Source of the DNA: Corallochytrium limacisporum Hawaii
Taxonomy: Eukaryota; Protista; Pluriformea
Reading direction: 5' to 3'
NCBI GenBank assembly: GCA_002811645.1
Contig: PDIP01000033.1
Location: 124,001 to 188,000, forward strand
DNA length: 64,000 nucleotides
Part shown: positions 1 to 11,392 of the stretch, piece by piece
Layout of the letters: each line of letters opens with the position of its first letter
Position numbering within the stretch: the first letter of the stretch is position 1
Position numbers and translations under genes: made by a program
Notes under the pieces: generated by a model
What the model saw: only the letters and a program-made list of their open reading frames with translations
The model's database searches: none
Told to the model about the DNA's origin: nothing

Positions 1-18
1 GATTCCACAGATAGAAGG

Positions 19-1665
19 ATGCCAGTCACGGATAGAAGCTCTGAGGCGGCGGCTAGGATGGACTCCAAGCGCAAAATCACCCAGGATACCTTTGACCAAG
101 TCGTCAAGGAGAACGTCGATGATTTTGACATGTCTATTGATGAGGCCATTAAGGATGCTGTTGGCCAATTCGAGGCCCAAGGAGTAGACCTCGGAGACGT
201 GATCACTGAAAACTTGAAGTACAGCGGTGCTGGCAGTGCAGAAGGAGGCGACAGTGTTCCTCCTCCCGTTGCTGAGGCGAACAAAGTCAAGGCCCTGCTC
301 AAGGACGAAGGAGATCCGGTGACTGTACTTACCTCTGCCAGAGATGTCTTGGTGAATGAGAAGAAGTCCGCGGGTAAGACTGCCTTTGTAGCAGCTGGCG
401 GGCTGGGGGACAGTCTTGCGCTTGCGAAGACATACTTTGCCACTGGCAACTACGCTATGGTCGACTTGGCCCTGCAGACGGCACGGGCAGCCATGCCGGG
501 ATGTCGCCAGGCTAAGATGGCACTTACACGGGAAGAATGTGAGTTTTTAGTGGACATTGTCAAGGCCAGGATCCCGGTGGTCACGACAGGAGCAATACCA
601 GCGGGATCACTCTCAACTGCCCGTAAGAGCAGCTGGTACACCATGCGCAGCGCAACCGCGAAGTGTGAGAGGAACCGTGGCCGTTTCATGGCCCTGGAGG
701 CGTGGAAGTTAGCATTGGAGAATCTTCAACTTTGCAGTGAGGCTGGGTATGGCAACAAGGCCGCAGGAGCCGGCTTCGATCCGACTCAGGGCTCCCCAGA
801 CGACCGCGCCGCTGAAGTGCGTGGCATCCTCAGTTTTATCCGGGCTAGCACCATCGACGATGATGACGAAGCGGCAGTCAGCATGGCCTCTGATTACATT
901 CGACACTACATGGAACATGGCTTCAAAGATATTGCCCTGAACATGGTGAACGACCTGCGCCCAACGGAGCTGGGCCAGCAGCCGGAACGTATGGACTTGA
1001 TCGCAGACTTGATCAGTACATTTTCCAAAATCAGTGTCAGTACTCAACTGCTAACCGATCCTGAAGGCACTACGGAACACATTCTTACACTGGTTCAGGA
1101 ATTCTCTGCTGTGGAAGAGGCAGATTCTCAAGGGTTAGATGAGGTTCTGGCCGCCGCTATGTCTTTCCTGCGCCTCATCGGCGCGGCAGACGAGTGCAAG
1201 CGACTGCTGATCAGCAGAAACTTCCATAGCACTGTTCTCAGTTTGCTGCAGAGGTATGGTAGGGACAGTAAAGAGATCGCAGAGCAAGGGTTGGGCACCT
1301 TGTCAACGATGACTCTACGCCAGCAAGAGTTCAGCCGTAGCTTTGTGCAGATTGACGCAGGCCATCGGGAGGTCATCAACATAATGCGAGTTCACAAAGA
1401 GAATGGCAGTGTTGCACGCCAAGGGTGCTACATTCTACGCAATGTGAGCGTGCGTAACCAGCAAAATGTGGTCTCCCTGAGAGAATGTGGCGCGGAGGCA
1501 ATTGTCCAAGAGATCCGGTCCAAGCACCAGCGCTGCGATGATGCCGCAAAGGCTGCCCTGCGGGACATGGGCTGTAAGGTGGAACTCAAAGAAGAATGGA
1601 CTGGTGTACCCGAGCATCTGCGTGGTAAGGAGAACCTGGACGATTTGGACAACGCTGTTTTGTAA
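19..1665 (+). CDS. ARMC6: Armadillo repeat-containing protein 6
   Basis: N-terminal KITQDTFDQVVKENVDDFDMSIDEAIKDAVGQFEAQGVDL and C-terminal DDAAKAALRDMGCKVELKEEWTG are the typical ARMC6 ends, with ARM-like helical repeats between. Start could be ATG 58. Confidence 0.9.
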   Translation: MPVTDRSSEAAARMDSKRKITQDTFDQVVKENVDDFDMSIDEAIKDAVGQFEAQGVDLGDVITENLKYSGAGSAEGGDSVPPPVAEANKVKALLKDEGDPVTVLTSARDVLVNEKKSAGKTAFVAAGGLGDSLALAKTYFATGNYAMVDLALQTARAAMPGCRQAKMALTREECEFLVDIVKARIPVVTTGAIPAGSLSTARKSSWYTMRSATAKCERNRGRFMALEAWKLALENLQLCSEAGYGNKAAGAGFDPTQGSPDDRAAEVRGILSFIRASTIDDDDEAAVSMASDYIRHYMEHGFKDIALNMVNDLRPTELGQQPERMDLIADLISTFSKISVSTQLLTDPEGTTEHILTLVQEFSAVEEADSQGLDEVLAAAMSFLRLIGAADECKRLLISRNFHSTVLSLLQRYGRDSKEIAEQGLGTLSTMTLRQQEFSRSFVQIDAGHREVINIMRVHKENGSVARQGCYILRNVSVRNQQNVVSLRECGAEAIVQEIRSKHQRCDDAAKAALRDMGCKVELKEEWTGVPEHLRGKENLDDLDNAVL

Positions 1666-1768
1666 AAGATGAACAATCAAACAGAAATTTTGAGAGAATT
1701 GGGCACAACGGCAATGTTATTACGTCAGATCTGTATAGTACATCAAGTGTATATCAACTAAACGCATT

Positions 1769-2851
1769 TTAAAGATCGATGTCGTCATCGTCCGAGTCAA
1801 TTTCGTCGTGATCATCGGGTACGTAAATGATACGCCCTCCTCCGCTGTCAGACTCCTGGGTTGATGCCGAGGTGGATGAGTCTGCAGCTTTCGCCTGCGA
1901 TTTCATGTATGGCAGGACGGTCTGATCGCGCTGCTGCTTCTCACGTTCACTCAAGGAAAGATTGAACGAGAGTCCTGCTGTCGGATCTGAGTCAGCGCCG
2001 ACGTTGGCATTGCCTCCAGGCCCCTTCTTGAGCAGCTTACGCTCGTGCTCCGCCTCATGCCGATCATAGACAGTAGGCAAAGCGGAACCAATGGCAGCGG
2101 TCAACCTGAGACCCTCTGGACTGCGTAGGACCCGACCAGTTACTCGGCGATGCCAAACAAAGAGGTTCATGAGTGGTGTGTTTTTGTGGTCTTTGCTCCA
2201 TAGTTCATTTCGAACCGGACTGAGCAAGAGGTTCGTGGCGAAAAAATCCTCCATGGACCCACGCATGAAGTCGTTGTAACCCGTGGGATCATAAGCGCAG
2301 AAAATGACTGGCATTTTGCCATCCGTTGCGTCGGTGGACTGGTCAAACACCCGGAACATCTGCGCAATGCCACACATAGCAATCAGTGGCCCAAGATTCG
2401 GAAGCACCAGGACCGTCCTCTGGCCCGCAGCATGTGGGGAGAGAATTGATTGGATCTCATTCAGCAACATCTCTCCGGCGTCTTTCTTTGACAGCACTAT
2501 GTCCCATTGCACACCTTTGATTTCAAAGTCAAACCCAGATTTCGTGTTGTGCTGTTGCTTAGATATTTTGAAATATTTGTGCGTTTGCGGATCAGTACAC
2601 AACACCACCACGCGGTCTTGGAGGAACCGTCTCTGTACAGCAAAGTATAGGCACAGTTCTTTGTCGTAGACACTGACTTTGTACAAATCAGTGTCATAGA
2701 GCGTGTGGGGATTGTGTTTTGCAGCAGGTACCACACGAGGTGCTGCCAGCAGCACGCGACGTACCGGTTCTCTGCCCATGGCAAGGGCTTGGAACAAGGA
2801 CCCCTTGATCACGGGCTGGGACCTAGCCCCTGCACTCGGCAGCGCCGCCAT
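1769..2851 (-). CDS. ELP5: Elongator complex subunit 5-like
   Basis: C-terminal DPTAGLSFNLSLSEREKQQRDQTVLPY...GGRIIYVPDDHDEIDSDDDDIDL matches the ELP5/Iki1 C-terminal motif. Confidence 0.8.
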   Translation of the reverse strand: MAALPSAGARSQPVIKGSLFQALAMGREPVRRVLLAAPRVVPAAKHNPHTLYDTDLYKVSVYDKELCLYFAVQRRFLQDRVVVLCTDPQTHKYFKISKQQHNTKSGFDFEIKGVQWDIVLSKKDAGEMLLNEIQSILSPHAAGQRTVLVLPNLGPLIAMCGIAQMFRVFDQSTDATDGKMPVIFCAYDPTGYNDFMRGSMEDFFATNLLLSPVRNELWSKDHKNTPLMNLFVWHRRVTGRVLRSPEGLRLTAAIGSALPTVYDRHEAEHERKLLKKGPGGNANVGADSDPTAGLSFNLSLSEREKQQRDQTVLPYMKSQAKAADSSTSASTQESDSGGGRIIYVPDDHDEIDSDDDDIDL

Positions 2852-3273
2852 ATATTCAGATAAACCTCGTCAGATCACGGGAGTTATATTACAAAGTTGC
2901 TTGTACATACCCGCCTTTATAAAATAACAGATGCATGGATGCCAAGAGGCTTCAGTTCTTTATCGTTGCTCAAACATATTGTAAAGAGACGAGAGATTTG
3001 AAGCATTGTGCGCGACTTTGAAATAGCCTCGAAGGCCCCTCCCCTCTCGGGGGGTGGGAGGGTGGACACCGGAACGGGGAGGTGGCGAGGGTTAGTGCCG
3101 CAGTGAAATTTCCGCCGCCTGAAACAGGACGTCCGCAAGTACGTCAGATTCTAAGCCAACAGTAATGCATATATGATACATGGCATGTAATGATAAGAAT
3201 GTGATGCTTATGCCTATGATGATTACGATACTTGGGATGCCCATGGTGATGATATTCCTACAGCATGCACCCG

Positions 3274-4503
3274 CTACTGGGCCTCGGCGGCCCCATCCCT
3301 GGCCTTGACGAACTCTGCATCCTGCCAGAGTTGGGTGCGTCGCAGGATGGATAGGTACGCGTGTGCAATGTCGAGGAGGTGTTTTTCAAACAATGGACTG
3401 CCACACTCCAGCGTTCTCGCCAGCGAGGCGTGGGAGCGGCAGATTTCAGCATCCTCCAACAGCTGCTCGGCCATCTCGTCCATGATTTCCGTGTTGCACT
3501 CCTCTTGCATTTGCAGTGCCTTGCGAACCACTGCGGCTGTCTCCGTGGCGCGCGCCTGCATGATGAAGCGAGAGTACGCATCAATGAGGTGCATGAGCTC
3601 AGGGTAGTTTTCCGGATCGCGGTATATGACTAATTCCTTTTCACTCGCAGACTGTGCAAGGTGTAAAAAGTCGACGTGGGCAGCGCTCAAGCGGCAGAAT
3701 AGCAACTGCTCCCGTGCCTTCAGCGTCTGATACATCTCCCATAGGGCCTCGTGATTCTCAATCAGACGCTGCATGCTCAGACTGCACTCCTGAGGCTCGT
3801 CCTGCTTTCCGCGCAGCCATGAGAATAGCCCACCACTGCTGCTGCCTTTCTCGTCTTTGCTTGAAAGTTGGGTATCACTATTCTCCTGTGAAATCTGTGA
3901 CTCCTGCGAGTCGCTCAAGGATTTGCTGAGGGAAGGGTCATAAATATCAAACTTGTTGCGCAGATTCTGGGCATACTCGAGCAAATAGAGTGATCGGTCC
4001 CTCTGCTTTCTGGCAATTTTGATTGCCCTTTCTAATGCATTCCACCGGTCCTCGAATCCCACGATACCAACGTCCTCTTTAACCACGTCTTGGGCCCATT
4101 TCAGGGCTTGTTTTCGGTTTAGCATTTCCTGTACTTCTGCTTGACGCTTGTCTACATGCTTTTCAGCCAAATCCATGTATTCTTTCATATCGCCCAGTAT
4201 CAGGGTGCGTATCCGTGGTGGAATATGGGTTGCATCTTCGCCAGCCCGAACTAACTTGATCATTTGTGACCTTACCGCCTTTAAACTTTTCTCCAGAGTG
4301 ACAACCTCATTGTACACAGTCTTGTGTCGTTCTTGAAGTACCTGCCACACCTCCTGACGTACGGGACTCAAATTCACCCCATCGAGGCTGTCCCGAGGTT
4401 TTTCAAGCGTCGACAGTTGCAGGTCATCGGCTATGTGTTCTAAAGGATCTATTCCATCCGATAGTGATGACTGCCGCGAATAAGTTCTGTTACGCGTCCC
4501 CAT
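3274..4503 (-). CDS. Hypothetical coiled-coil protein (~409 aa)
   Basis: Long ORF rich in E/K/R/L heptad helices. First ATG is at 4503 (the ORF track starts at a GTG, 4572). No family recognised. Confidence 0.7.
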   Translation of the reverse strand: MGTRNRTYSRQSSLSDGIDPLEHIADDLQLSTLEKPRDSLDGVNLSPVRQEVWQVLQERHKTVYNEVVTLEKSLKAVRSQMIKLVRAGEDATHIPPRIRTLILGDMKEYMDLAEKHVDKRQAEVQEMLNRKQALKWAQDVVKEDVGIVGFEDRWNALERAIKIARKQRDRSLYLLEYAQNLRNKFDIYDPSLSKSLSDSQESQISQENSDTQLSSKDEKGSSSGGLFSWLRGKQDEPQECSLSMQRLIENHEALWEMYQTLKAREQLLFCRLSAAHVDFLHLAQSASEKELVIYRDPENYPELMHLIDAYSRFIMQARATETAAVVRKALQMQEECNTEIMDEMAEQLLEDAEICRSHASLARTLECGSPLFEKHLLDIAHAYLSILRRTQLWQDAEFVKARDGAAEAQ

Positions 4504-7500
4504 GTTGACCTCTAATGGGCGGAGGAATTCTAGTTTGTTACATATGTCATTGTCTGTCTGCGTCGGAAACACTGAATGTACCAGTACGAACGTGTTCTAA
4601 TTGGCCCCGGTTCCACCAATGTTTCGTCATCGCCAATACATCGAACCACGTCTCAAGTCGAAGAATCACTATCCTACTTGAACATTATGCCTAAACCATC
4701 ACCAAATACCTTGGGTCAGCCGCAACCGGCTGCTGGCGCGGACGATTGGAAGTGAACTCCCGCTAACCGGACCCAGCGCCCAGTAACAGACCATTCCCAC
4801 TTATTACAATTTAGGCCCCTATACAATCAAAACGATATAAGAAATTCGATTTACGTTTACCATTTTTAGTTAGACTTTTCATAATAAAGTTCTTAATCAA
4901 TCAATACTATCTTTTTAAACGAATATTAGCGTGCAATTATATGATGAACCCTTTTGATTTTAAATCACAAAGGGCGAGCCCCTTCCGTTACCAACCGGTG
5001 AGCCCAACCCGTGAACCAGACCGGTAGGCCGGCAAACGCTTGCAATGCGACGTAAAACCAACGGACGTTGAGGACACACATGTGTTGAATCCATGTGAAA
5101 GTGACCAAAGCAACAGGTACCGGGGCCTACCGCATAAGCAGGGATAGATGGAATTCGTTGGAGACCCGCAGTTTCACCCAAGCGGGGGTGGGGGATTTGG
5201 CAGAAAGACTCGTTTCTTTTCACAGGTCACCGGTCGTTTTCCTATAATGAATATAGCATAGGAGCCGCACATGTTTCATGAAGAGAACGAAACCGAAACA
5301 ACGGCTCTCCCGAATGATATCTGTACCCTGGGTCGGAGAGCGTAGGACTAAGAGAACAGTTACATCGATACAATAAGTATGGCATCCAGCTCTGAAGAGT
5401 CTCTTGTGCAGGAGAACGATGGCCTGTGACGATGACCATAGGATGAGATTGCAGATACCCTGACATGTAGTATCGTATATATACACCTTAACTGACTACG
5501 TACCAACGGTAGCACATCGTACTGTCATGACACATACCAAGTGAGACAGATGTTCCAAACATCCACTTTTAGCATGAACACGCAGAAATGATGAAACTTA
5601 GCAGGAGTTTCTGTTCTCTGTGGTTGACGCAATGTTGCCGGCCCTGTAACTAGTTTCTCTACTTGTCGTCCGGGGATTCAGCTGTTTCATTACCATGCGA
5701 TTCCCGTCTAGCCACGTCTTCTGCGGTCCTTAATGAACAGTACCCAGCAGATAGCCGCGATGGAGACTCTGGATCGGATATGCTGGGTATATCAAAACAC
5801 GGAACGTAAACAACCCGTCTTACGGATGTCGTCCGGTACGATGGTGCATGGTGATGGAGTTAGTGGTCGCAACGGTTGTTGCGCAAATTATACGATCGAT
5901 GGGAGTCCCTTTTTACTTCTATCTGTTTAGGCTGCCGTATTGTGCACTATCGAAGGCTCACTTGGCGTGGCGCAATCCGCAGCGCCAGCGCACGCCAGCA
6001 ACCAACCGGTGGAGAAGCGCTGGCTATAGTGGATATATTGGTGTTTTTTTTTGAACGACCGCTCAAGCGCGCAGCTGTGCTAACAGAAAAAAAAATTATC
6101 GTTCAGACCGGAGAGAAACTCAGAGTGGTTCCAATCGGTACGTTGAGACCAAGGGACCACGGGTGCGACAGAGACGCTCAGTATGGGCCATGTTTGAGCT
6201 GTGTGAGAACAAAATGGGAGAAAAATTATGGGGGCTGGGACGAAAACCGTTACCGAGACATTTTTGGTCGACGGCCGGGTGGTGCAAGAGAAAAAGAATT
6301 TTACCCAGAACTACAGGCAACGGTCTAAAATTAAAACTGGACGGGCGAACACGACTTCGCTCTTGCGGATGATTTTATATTGATATACTGATGTTTTAAA
6401 ACTAAAACATTTCTAGAAGTATTTAGTATTTTAATAACCCATATATTATATACGGTAGTTTTAAATATGCTCTAGTGGCATCACACATTCTGCACGGTCC
6501 TCGGCCCTCCGCCCCGGTCAGATTTCTTTTCCCGCCTTCAGTCAACCACCAATGAGCTGTCATTTGTCTCAATGTTATATTACTCTGAGTGGGTTTTTTG
6601 CGCACACAATCATTATAGGGACTGTCCGTTGCGTGCGCCGGTCAGATAGGATCGGCAACAGACTCCGATCCCTGCTGATCCCTCCCCCCCCCTCCCGCCC
6701 CTCCCCTCTCCCGCCTCGCCCCAAAATCTTCGGTCCCCCCTTGCGCGCGTTTGCTGGTGCCTCTTCTCCCCCCCTTCCGCTCTCACTCACCTTTTTTTTG
6801 TTCACGTTTTCTTTTTGTTTGGTCACAAAGGGCCCTACGGTAGCTTGCCTTTCCATCTAAGGGAGTGCCACCGACAAAAAGTCGTGATTCTCTGTGCCCC
6901 AACCAAAACACACCCGGTGCGGGAAACGCGCCAAGCCGCACAGGTCCCCGTTCGCGCCGGACGGGACACTCCCCTAGTAAATGTACCCTACTGTTTGCGC
7001 AAGGACTGGTGTCCGGAGTGGTTTCTGAGCATGCCCCTGTAGCGCGGTTCCCCCAACTCTTCTGTCTTCCCTTCCGGGAGAAACCCCGTCCAGATCGGGA
7101 GTACATTATTGGAAACACTCGTGATTCAATAACAAAACAACGGGAAAAATATGAGGACGTGGTCATTCTGTTCGTATCTGTCATCTTTTCTGATTGCCAG
7201 TTTTGGGGAAGCTTTTACAGTCCTTCAAGGTCTTGGGCCGAGAGCATCAGTATATTCATTATCAACAGAACTCCGGAGCGAATGGGGTGAGCGGCGGGGG
7301 CCACAGGAATTTTTAGATCTTCACCCAGCGCCACGTTTTCTCTCTGGTTGGGGTCGGTTGGATCCGTCACCACGGTCTGCGTACTCGGCAATTGCGGTAG
7401 TGAATGTAGCGGCGAAGGACAACGGGTTAACACAACGGTGGAGTGTCATCAGCAACTATTACGTGCCCTCCTATTCACGATCTTACCTCCCCTCCTTTCC

Positions 7501-8310
7501 CGATTTTGCTTTCCCCCCACCCGCCTGAATTCACAGATGGCCATAGTTGAAGTACCATGCAGATGGGGTGGGTTCCTGGCGGGCTGATACACAAATAAAA
7601 AACTGCCCTGTCACACACACTCACACTGTCCTTTCAATTTTTTTTTTCCTTGGCCATGGCAGGCAAGCTCTCTGATCTGTGCGATTTCGATAGTGAACAC
7701 ATCCAGCACTTTTCGACGGATCAGGCCGCGTTCACTTCCGGTGGAGGCGATTTCACCCAACCTAAGAAAAAATGATGGATCGCTTTCCCCTCAAGCTAAA
7801 CCGCGGAAGAAGAGGGTGTGTGGGCTGAGGGCGCATAATTACATAGTAAATGTACTGACAAAAATGTTTCACAGATCCCAATAATGGTCATACGGTGCGT
7901 GGGTGCCGGTGCCATCGTACACCCGCAACATATCGTCATCTCTTCATCACTGGAAAGCACGGGATTTGTCATCACCCACCGGCTTTATGCTGGTTTTTTT
8001 TTTCAGGGCGCGAGAAGATTGCCAACAGGCGTCAGAGTGTGTAAAACGTATTGGCAAAACACTTGAACCAGCACGAAAAGAAAAGGACCATACCAATTCC
8101 TGAGACGATAGGTGGCAAGTTCGTGTCTTGCACCGGTACCTAGTCTGAAAGAACGCGTGAAAATGGTGCATTTGAAACCATTAGAGATGTTCTACGCAAC
8201 CGCCTAGGTATGTGAGATCTGACAATTTCCTCTTCATTCAGTGGCATCGAGTAGAATCTTCATACCATACCTTGTCCGTATCTTGGGAATTGTAACACAA
8301 AGATAAGAAA

Positions 8311-9690
8311 ATGGTTCAGCCCACAGTTGGAAAGCCGACGACTGTGTCTGAGGCCCGGGGGCCTCAGACTTCCGAGCAGTCCGAGGATCTGATCTCCCGT
8401 GCCAGCAGTGCTGTCGTCGCCAGTGCCACCTATTCGTATGAACAGGTTAATATCGTGATTGATGAGTACACTCAGTTCTTCTTCATGATCTTCCTGACCA
8501 TGGCTACCGTCCCCTATATCATGAGCCAGCAGCTGCAGAGTGCAGCTGGCCCCGTTCGCGAAGCCACTGAGAAGCAAGTCGAGGTTGTCCGGGAATACTA
8601 CGAGACTCGCATTGCCCCAACCTTTGACTATCTCCCTGGTCTTGAAGACTTGCCTGGCGGTAAGCGCGTGAAGCAGGTCGCTTTCCTCGTTGGTAACTAC
8701 CAGGTACCTATGGTGAAGTACTTTGTCACCGCTTCTTTGAATAGTATTGCCACCATGGGTCGCGAGGGTCGCGACCTGGCAAACCAACTGACACAGACTG
8801 GCATTGCCGTACTGTCCGTACTGCAGACCGAAGAGGCGCGCGCTCTAATCATGCAGAGCGGTCGCGTTATGGGCCGTGTTGTTGTCCTTATGCAGACTGA
8901 GGAAGGCCGCAGGCTGGTCATTTCCCTGAGCAATGCAATGATTCGCATGTTTGAGCTCATCAAGACTGACGAGGCCATGGGAGTTGCCAGCGAAGCCAGC
9001 AAGGAACTCGGTCCCATGATGGATCTAATGTGTTCCGATGAAGTGAACAACCTTGCCGGTCAGACCAAGACTTTGTTGGACCGTCTTGGACGCTTCCTGC
9101 AGACTCATGACAAGGCGATCCAGCCCAACCAGGTGCAGTCGCCACAATCGGCACAGACTGTCCCCATCAACTACGGCGGTGGTCCTCGTATTGTAGAGCT
9201 CGAAAGCGAATTCGGCTCAAATGTCAGCCAGCGTGGCAGCCCTACCCGTTCTTTCCGTGGTTTGAGCACCACCAGTTTTCAGAGCAGTCGGGACGATGGC
9301 AGCGATGGAATGGATGATATCTTCATTGACGACGGGGAGTCTGTCTTCTCACGGGCCACAGAGTATGATACCGTCAGCCAGGTTGCTGATGAACAGGCTG
9401 CCATCATTGAGTTGCTCACCAAGATGAAGACCGATGGACTTATTGACGACGGCGAGCGTAGACTTCTGAAGCGTCTTGCTCGCAAGCGTGACATGGAGCT
9501 GCTGGTTCTGTACCGTGCAAAGATGAGCAATGCTGGCAGCGCCGCGCAGTTTATGGAGGACGTTAGGGAGATGTTGGAGGACCGTGAAGACGAACTTGAA
9601 CCCTTGCGCAAGCCGTCAAAGAAGCGGAAAGACTCTACATCAACTCGCTCCCTGTTAAGCATGCCTCTGTTCATCGGAGGACTCAGTTAA
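8311..9690 (+). CDS. Hypothetical protein (459 aa; short hydrophobic segment, helical core, low-complexity linker, small C-terminal helical domain)
   Basis: Long ATG ORF with strong C/T-ending codon bias like the highly expressed neighbours. No family recognised. Confidence 0.8.
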   Translation: MVQPTVGKPTTVSEARGPQTSEQSEDLISRASSAVVASATYSYEQVNIVIDEYTQFFFMIFLTMATVPYIMSQQLQSAAGPVREATEKQVEVVREYYETRIAPTFDYLPGLEDLPGGKRVKQVAFLVGNYQVPMVKYFVTASLNSIATMGREGRDLANQLTQTGIAVLSVLQTEEARALIMQSGRVMGRVVVLMQTEEGRRLVISLSNAMIRMFELIKTDEAMGVASEASKELGPMMDLMCSDEVNNLAGQTKTLLDRLGRFLQTHDKAIQPNQVQSPQSAQTVPINYGGGPRIVELESEFGSNVSQRGSPTRSFRGLSTTSFQSSRDDGSDGMDDIFIDDGESVFSRATEYDTVSQVADEQAAIIELLTKMKTDGLIDDGERRLLKRLARKRDMELLVLYRAKMSNAGSAAQFMEDVREMLEDREDELEPLRKPSKKRKDSTSTRSLLSMPLFIGGLS

Positions 9691-11392
9691 AGAAAATCGG
9701 ACCCCTAAAAAGAAAAGTGAAATAGCACAATACAAACCCTGTTATCATAGATGTTTTGTACACAACCTTTGTGGTACAATTAGAGCGCCCCCCGCCATTA
9801 TGATGCGAATGACCATGTTCGCATTGCATACCTGGAACAATCTCATCTTACCCACAGGTCTGCTTATCGGCCAAAACTCGCATCAATATCGCCATCGGCC
9901 ATGGCCCGCCGCTGCGAGGTGAACGTCGTTTAGGATTGACGTATCCACATACTTATTCTTTGAAAATGTGCTTTTACTAACTGTTGATGTGCACATACCC
10001 CCTCAACGCCAGCAGTCGGAGTGGAATATTTAGTATGCAAATGAACTATTTATCAATGTCAGTATATGAATAATTCAAAATCTTCCCGAAGCACCGTACT
10101 CAGTGGGGGCGTGTTTTCGCTACTTTCCCTACTACTGGTACCGGAGACCGACGCAGCACCACCCACGTGAAACTGGAACTCCTGCCCAAGCTTCGTTAAT
10201 ACAAATGCCATGCAGATGTTCGAGTACTCGATCAAGTAACCCAGTTTGTGAAGAGACCGGCAGACTTTGAGCGCTGGCTACATGCACCTGCTCTTTGGCT
10301 TCAACGTGAAAGATCGCATCCTCTTCCCACCGCAACTACACATCCTAGTCCAATTGGTAGATATCTGTGCTCACTGTCTGCAGTGTAAGATCCTGTGTAG
10401 TCCGCCACAACCAGGACCGAGGAAAGGAGGCATTCGAATGCGAACAGTTTGCGGCAACTATTGTGCTAATGATGCCCGACCCTGTATTCCCGCGGAAACC
10501 TTTTAATTTTCAAGCAGACAATTCTAAGGGTTCTCCACCTCATCACACCCACAGGTGGGTCAGCAAAATTGTGGGTTTCACACACAATAGGTTGGCTCCT
10601 GCGCAGGCCAATGAGTGCGACCACAACATGCACAAGCACACATTCTAAACACTCGGAGGGCGCGACATCAGAGCAGCATGCGTTAGGTCAATGGGCCGAG
10701 AGTGTGCACACAGGACCTCCTCATAAACAATTCCCTCAAGGGCTTCATTTCTGCAGCACTCGGTATCGGATGGCCCACATTTTATAAACTTCCTTCCTGG
10801 CACTGGTGCTGCACTGAGCGGAGAGATTGGTACACCACAAAAACTTGTGTTCTGCGGCTACCGTTGACCTACTGCCCCAAGTCCGCACCTTTCGAACTGG
10901 CGACAGTTCACGAAGGGCCAGTACCGGTACTAACTTCTACTGATGGACAATCTGGCTCTCCTACCTTAGCCCCTTTCCTTCAGGAATCGCGTGGTCCGCC
11001 CCCCCCCCCCTTCCTCCCCCCAAGGAACAACGCAGTCCGTGCATGAATTATGGAGGTGTTCCGTTGTCCTTTTCCTTTGTCGTGTTTTCTCCCTCTCTCT
11101 TTTTCTTGGCTCGGTTTCGGGTTACGGAGGGCAGAGCCGAGCGCCGAGCGGCGTGTAGAAGGCCCCATCGGGCGTATGGGATGGTGTGCATTGCGTGGGC
11201 CGTAGTTGAAGCTGTCTCAACAAATATATGGTCCCAACCGGTGTGTCAGCAACCAAACAGAATTGACGCAATAGACTTCCATTCTACTGGTAGAAGAGCT
11301 ACAGCAGAACATCCTATTCATAGGAAATCAGGGCCAACATCGAACAGATTCTCACATTGAAGTTTCTAGCCGGGTTTCAATTTCAAATCACT

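Noticed and set aside
9901-10506. ATG in good context, TACTAAC at 9975, an ATGCAAAT octamer and short broken ORFs
   Set aside because: No splice combination gives a sensible ORF, and 7-8-mers occur by chance. It may be pseudogene debris but is unidentifiable.
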